Origin: Rhizobacter sp. SG703
Lineage (GTDB): Bacteria; Pseudomonadota; Gammaproteobacteria; Burkholderiales; Burkholderiaceae_C
DNA: 24,000 nucleotides
Direction of reading: 5' to 3'
Assembly: GCF_012275445.1 (NCBI RefSeq)
Contig: NZ_JAAZQK010000015.1
Coordinates: 22,143-46,142, forward strand
Shown: in pieces, positions 19,947 through 24,000 of the stretch
Layout of the letters: each line of letters begins with the position of its first letter
Numbering within the stretch: the stretch's first letter is position 1
Made by a program: the position numbers and the translations under genes
Notes under the pieces: generated by a model
What the model was told of the DNA's origin: nothing
The model's input: the letters and a program-made list of their open reading frames with translations, nothing else
Database searches by the model: none

Positions 19947-20831
19947 ATGAGAGAGCTGAAGCTCGACCAGCTGCGCACGCTGGTGACCATCGCCGAGCTC
20001 GGCTCGTTTGCCGCCGCGGCGCGCGCGCTGCACCTGGCCGCGCCGACCGTCAGCCTGCATGTGGCCGAACTCGAGTCGCGCCTCGGCGCGCCGCTGCTGC
20101 TGCGCCAGCGCCAGCGCGTGGTGGCCACCGGCATCGGCGAGGGGCTGGTCGAGCGCGCGCGCCGCCTGCTGGTCGATGTGGACGCGGCGCTCGACGAGGT
20201 GGCCCACCAGGTCGAAGGCCGCGCCGGCCGCGTGCGGCTGGGCGCCTCCACCGGCGCGCTGGCCTGGCTGCTGCCGCAGGCGCTGGAGACGATGGGCCGG
20301 GACCACCCCGGCATCGACGTGCAGGTCGCGGTGCTGACGTCGCAGGAGGCCTTGTCGCGCCTGCAGGGCGGCACGCTCGACATCGGCCTGGTGGCGTTGC
20401 CGCAGGCGGCCGTCCCCGGGCTGCAGATCGTGCCGTGGCGCCGCGACCCGGTGATGGCCTTCGTGCCGCGCACCTGGACGCTGCCGCGCGCGATCACGCC
20501 GATCTGGCTCGCGGCGCGCCCGCTGATCCTCAACGACGCCACCACCCGCCTGCACCGCATGACGATGGACTGGTTCGCCGCCGCGGGCGAGCAGCCGCAG
20601 GCGCGCATCGAGCTGAACTACAACGACGCGATCAAGAGCCTGGTGGCGGCCGGCTATGGCGCCGCGCTGTTGCCGCGCGAGGAGGGCGCGGCCGCGGTGG
20701 ACGAGCGCATTGCGATCGCGCCGCTCACGCCGCGCCTGTGGCGCCCGCTGGGCCTCGCGCACCGGGCCGGCAGGCCGGAGCCGGCGACGCGGCACATGCT
20801 CGACGCGCTGGCGGCGATCCGGCAGCGCTAG
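19947..20831 (+). CDS. LysR-family transcriptional regulator
   Basis: 294 aa. N-terminal wHTH LRTLVTIAELGSFAAAARALHLAAPTVSLHVAELESRLGAPLL. Typical LysR substrate-binding region. Divergent from the argC/argD-like operon. Confidence 0.9.
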   Translation: MRELKLDQLRTLVTIAELGSFAAAARALHLAAPTVSLHVAELESRLGAPLLLRQRQRVVATGIGEGLVERARRLLVDVDAALDEVAHQVEGRAGRVRLGASTGALAWLLPQALETMGRDHPGIDVQVAVLTSQEALSRLQGGTLDIGLVALPQAAVPGLQIVPWRRDPVMAFVPRTWTLPRAITPIWLAARPLILNDATTRLHRMTMDWFAAAGEQPQARIELNYNDAIKSLVAAGYGAALLPREEGAAAVDERIAIAPLTPRLWRPLGLAHRAGRPEPATRHMLDALAAIRQR

Positions 20832-20878
20832 GGTCGTCCGCTGCGTCGGACAGCAGATCGCACAGCCGACGGAGAGCG

Positions 20879-22450
20879 TCAGGCCGGCAGCGCGCGTTCG
20901 GTGGTGTCCAGGCGGAACACCGACACCGCACTGACCAGCCGCGCGGCCTGCTGCTTCAGGCTCTCCGCGGCGGCGGCCGATTCCTCGACCAGCGCCGCGT
21001 TCTGCTGCGTCACCTGGTCGAGCTGCAACACCGCGTCGTTGACCTGGCCGATGCCGATAGTCTGCTCCTCGGTGGCGCTGCTGATCTCCGACAGCATGTC
21101 GTTGACGCGGCGCACCTGCGCGACGATCTCGGTCATCGTGCGGCCGGCGTCGCCGACCAACTGGCCGCCGGTCGCGACCTTGCCCGAGCTGTCACCGATC
21201 AGTGCCTTGATCTCGCGGGCCGCCTGCGCGCTGCGCTGTGCGAGCGTGCGCACTTCGCCGGCCACCACTGCGAAGCCGCGGCCCTGTTCGCCGGCCCGCG
21301 CCGCCTCCACCGCGGCATTGAGCGCGAGGATGTTGGTCTGGAACGCAATGCCGTCGATCGCGCCGGTGATGTCGGCGATCTTGCGGCTGGCTTCGGCGAT
21401 CTCGGCCATCGTGTGCACGACCCGCTCGACCGCCTCGCCACCCTCGGCGGCCACGCGGCGTGCCGCGTCGGCCACCTCGCTGGCGGTGCGGGCGGTGTCG
21501 GCGTTGTTGCGGACGGTGCCGGTCAGCTGTTCCATCGAGGCCGCCGTCTGCTGCAGGTTCGACGCCTGTTCTTCGGTGCGCTGGCTCAGGTCCTGGTTGC
21601 CCATCGCGATCTGGCCCGATCCGGTCGCGATGCCGTCGCTGCTCTGCCGCACCTCGGCGACGATGCGCAGCAGGCTGGCATTCATCGCCTTCAGCGCCTG
21701 CAGCAACTGGCCGGTCTCGTCCGTCGTGTCGACGTGGATGTCGGAGCTCAGGTCACCGGAAGCGACCCTCTGGGCCACTTGCACTGCACGGCCGATCGGA
21801 CGCGTGATCGAGCGCGTGACGATCCAGGCCATCAGCATGGCGAGACCGATGGCCGTGGCGCCGAGCGCCAGCATCACCATCTGGCCCATGCGATACGCCC
21901 GGTTGCCTTCTTCGCCGGCCGCCTTGAACTGGTTGCCCAGCTCGGCAAGCAGCGTATCGATCGCCGATTGGTAGCCGTGCTGGTCCTTGCGCATCTTGCC
22001 GAGCGCCAGATCGACGGCGGCGTCGTGGTCGCCTGCGGCCAGCAGATCCTTGAACGCCTGTTGATCGGCGACGAAGGCCGTTCGATATTCCTTCAAGTCG
22101 GCGAGGACGCGCCGCGTGTCGGGTGCCTGCAATGTGCGATCGAGCTTGTCGACGGACTCGGCGATACGCGCCTGTGCCGCGGCAATGTCGGCGGCGGTCT
22201 TGCGCAGGCTCTGCGGGTCCTTGTCGATCAGCATCGCGCGCACGTTGCGCACGATGGCATTGACATCGTTCTTGATGTCGACCGCGAGCAGCACCTTCGG
22301 GTAGCGGTTGTCCACGACCAGGTTCAGCTGGTCGCGCAGGTCGGTCAGCCGTTGCAGGCCGGCGCCGACGACGGCCGCGAGCAGCACGAGCACGAAGGCG
22401 AAGGCCACCGCGAGGCGCACGCCGATCTTGAGATTGAGAAAGCTCTTCAT
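20879..22450 (-). CDS. Methyl-accepting chemotaxis protein (four-helix-bundle periplasmic sensor, HAMP, MA signalling domain)
   Basis: I prefer the start [15 protein letters not shown] at 22450, with GGAG 9 nt upstream. Two TM segments flank an approximately 160-aa periplasmic region. [25 protein letters not shown]. Conserved signalling hairpin [28 protein letters not shown]. Confidence 0.92.
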   Translation of the reverse strand: MKSFLNLKIGVRLAVAFAFVLVLLAAVVGAGLQRLTDLRDQLNLVVDNRYPKVLLAVDIKNDVNAIVRNVRAMLIDKDPQSLRKTAADIAAAQARIAESVDKLDRTLQAPDTRRVLADLKEYRTAFVADQQAFKDLLAAGDHDAAVDLALGKMRKDQHGYQSAIDTLLAELGNQFKAAGEEGNRAYRMGQMVMLALGATAIGLAMLMAWIVTRSITRPIGRAVQVAQRVASGDLSSDIHVDTTDETGQLLQALKAMNASLLRIVAEVRQSSDGIATGSGQIAMGNQDLSQRTEEQASNLQQTAASMEQLTGTVRNNADTARTASEVADAARRVAAEGGEAVERVVHTMAEIAEASRKIADITGAIDGIAFQTNILALNAAVEAARAGEQGRGFAVVAGEVRTLAQRSAQAAREIKALIGDSSGKVATGGQLVGDAGRTMTEIVAQVRRVNDMLSEISSATEEQTIGIGQVNDAVLQLDQVTQQNAALVEESAAAAESLKQQAARLVSAVSVFRLDTTERALPA

Positions 22451-22496
22451 TGACGGCTCCATCGGGGTGGCCCGAATCGCACGGCGCCATGCCGTG

Positions 22497-22523
22497 CTAT
22501 CGGCCGCCGCGGAGCTCGCTTGA
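22497..22523 (-). promoter_or_regulatory. Putative sigma-28 (FliA) promoter of the chemoreceptor gene
   Basis: The minus strand reads TCAAG-N14-GCCGATAG, against the enteric consensus TAAAG-N14-GCCGATAA. The -10 element ends about 47 nt upstream of the start codon. Confidence 0.5.
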
Positions 22524-22561
22524 GTACGGATGCATCGCTCAAGTTTGGGTTTCGGCCGCCA

Positions 22562-22966
22562 TCACCGCTCGGTCGACCGGCGCACCGTCAGTTCACTGAA
22601 CCCCGTCGCCGCATCGTGCTCGCGGGCCAAGGTGCCCCGCGGCAGCAGCGCCAGCAGGATCTCCGCGGTGGTCCGGACCACGTTGCCCTGGCCCACGTGG
22701 CCGCCGCAGACGCGGCCCGACGCATCCGAGACCGACATGTGCAGGTGCACGCCCGAACGCGTCAGGCTGCCTGACAGCGACACGATCTCCAGCGGGCCGG
22801 CGATCGTGGCTTCCGCCGGCTTTCCGGCGTAGCGGAGCCTGGCATCGATCAGGCTGCCGATGCCGCAAACGACGAAGGCGGAATCCGTGCCGGCCTGGTG
22901 CAGCGCCGCTTCCAGCTCAGCGCGAAGGTCAGCGCCGGGACGGAGTCGAAGGGGCAGGAATTGCAT
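22562..22966 (-). CDS. PPC/DUF296-domain protein
   Basis: I prefer the start MQFLPLRLRPG at 22966, giving 134 aa, the usual size. LEIVSLSGSL...GVHLHMSVSDASGRVCGGHV matches the PPC-domain pattern I remember. Confidence 0.65.
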   Translation of the reverse strand: MQFLPLRLRPGADLRAELEAALHQAGTDSAFVVCGIGSLIDARLRYAGKPAEATIAGPLEIVSLSGSLTRSGVHLHMSVSDASGRVCGGHVGQGNVVRTTAEILLALLPRGTLAREHDAATGFSELTVRRSTER

Positions 22967-23066
22967 GGATGCCGCAGGTGGTGGAAGCTGCGGGGCAGCA
23001 TAGCCCGATCGGCTCGGCTCGCACCGGCGGCCGCCCGCTTTCTTCATTCACCGAGGCCACACCACC

Positions 23067-23456
23067 ATGCTTGAAGGTTCCTGTCTCTGCCGCGCAGTCC
23101 GATGGCGCTTCGAAGGCCAGCCCGACGGCGCGACCGCCTGCAACTGCACCGCCTGCCGTCGCTACGGCGTGCTCTGGGCGTACGACTTCGAAGGCGAGGG
23201 CATCACGGTGTCCGGCACCACCCAGTCCTATGCGCGAGGGAGGGCGCTGGAGTTCCACTTCTGCCCGTCCTGCGGCTGCATCGCCTTCTGGCGCGGCTTG
23301 CAGACCGATCCGCAAGGCCGCCGCCGCATCGCCGTCAACCTGCGCCTGGCCGAGCCCGAGACCGTGGCGCGGATCCCGATCGATCACTTCGACGGTCTCG
23401 ACTCCTTCGACGACCTGCCGCGCGACGGCAAGTGTGTCGCCGACTACTGGTTCTAG
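23067..23456 (+). CDS. GFA-family (glutathione-dependent formaldehyde-activating enzyme / CENP-V-like) Zn-Cys protein
   Basis: 129 aa with the Cys pattern GSCLC...CNCTAC...FCPSCG typical of the GFA fold. Confidence 0.8.
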   Translation: MLEGSCLCRAVRWRFEGQPDGATACNCTACRRYGVLWAYDFEGEGITVSGTTQSYARGRALEFHFCPSCGCIAFWRGLQTDPQGRRRIAVNLRLAEPETVARIPIDHFDGLDSFDDLPRDGKCVADYWF

Positions 23457-23471
23457 GGGCCGCTGCCGGGC

Positions 23472-24000
23472 CTACAGCTTGGTGCCGCCGCTGGCGTCGA
23501 CGACCTGCCCGGTGGTCCATGCGCCGTCCGGCCCGGCGAGGAAGGCCACCACGCCGGCGATGTGCGCCGGCTGGCCGATGCCGGGCAGGGCCTGCACCTG
23601 CGCCAGCGTTTCCTTGCCGCCCGGGCCGTGGATCCAGGCGCTCATGCGGGTGTCGATGGCACCGGGGGCGACCACGTTGACGGTGATGCCCCGCGGCGCC
23701 AGCTCGGCCGCCAGTTGAAGGGTCAGCGCATCGACGAAGCCCTTGCTGGCCGAGTAGGCGGTGATGCCCGGGAAGGCGATGCGCGTCGCCGCGGTGCCGA
23801 TGTTGACGATGCGTCCGCCGTCGGGCATCAGCGGCACCACGCCCTGCGTGACGAAGAACAGGCTGCGCATGTTCACGCCGACGAGCGTCTCGAACGCCTC
23901 CGCGCGCGTTTCGGCCAGCCCTGCGAACAGCGCGACGCCGGCGTTGTTGACCAGGATGTCGATGCGCGGCAGTTGCAGCGCCGCGAGGCGCTCGACCAGT
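23472..24000 (-). CDS. SDR-family oxidoreductase, C-terminal two-thirds (5' end outside window)
   Basis: The minus-strand frame stays open to base 24000 and reads ...IDILVNNAGV.... Catalytic YSASK and VNVVAPGAIDT are present. Stop at 23472-74. Confidence 0.85.
   Translation of the reverse strand, partial: LVERLAALQLPRIDILVNNAGVALFAGLAETRAEAFETLVGVNMRSLFFVTQGVVPLMPDGGRIVNIGTAATRIAFPGITAYSASKGFVDALTLQLAAELAPRGITVNVVAPGAIDTRMSAWIHGPGGKETLAQVQALPGIGQPAHIAGVVAFLAGPDGAWTTGQVVDASGGTKL

Noticed and set aside
22562-23456. Divergent PPC/DUF296 and GFA-family genes as a possible functional pair, with small palindromes (CCGCAG-N10-CTGCGG, CCGATCGG) between them.
   Set aside because: I know of no functional link between the families. 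The palindromes are short and GC-rich enough to be chance. Nothing beyond adjacency supports a system.

Overview
Very GC-rich, gene-dense chromosomal segment. From the protein families and codon bias alone it looks proteobacterial, probably beta-proteobacterial or Burkholderiales-like. I call 24 protein-coding genes, two of them cut by the window edges. I found no rRNA, tRNA, CRISPR array, IS element, integrase, phage gene or recognisable defence gene. Layout by region: (a) 1-7260, one tightly packed plus-strand cluster of SDR, Liv-type ABC importer (binding protein, two permeases, two ATPases), a BKACE/DUF849 beta-keto-acid cleavage enzyme and a second SDR. (b) 7335-8858, a large group-A FAD monooxygenase of the Rox / aromatic-polyketide-hydroxylase type. 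(c) 8987-10818, two tandem paralogous PEP-CTERM secreted proteins with no domain I can name. (d) 10804-15758, an alpha/beta hydrolase and an AcoR-like sigma-54 activator, divergent from an aldehyde dehydrogenase plus DUF779 pair, with a visible UAS array and a -24/-12 promoter. (e) 15727-17622, a Tet(X)-like FAD monooxygenase divergent from a TetR repressor, with two perfect palindromic operators between them. (f) 17647-20831, an argC/argD-like operon divergent from a LysR regulator. (g) 20879-24000, a chemoreceptor with a FliA-type promoter, a PPC/DUF296 protein, a GFA-family protein and a truncated SDR. Most of this is ordinary metabolism and regulation, and I do not see a convincing novel multi-gene system such as a defence island. 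The best candidates for something undescribed are the orphan PEP-CTERM paralog pair, the transporter-BKACE-SDR pathway of unknown substrate, and the two regulator-linked or stand-alone antibiotic-destructase-like flavoenzymes. All homology statements come from reading the translations by eye and from memory. No database search was run.
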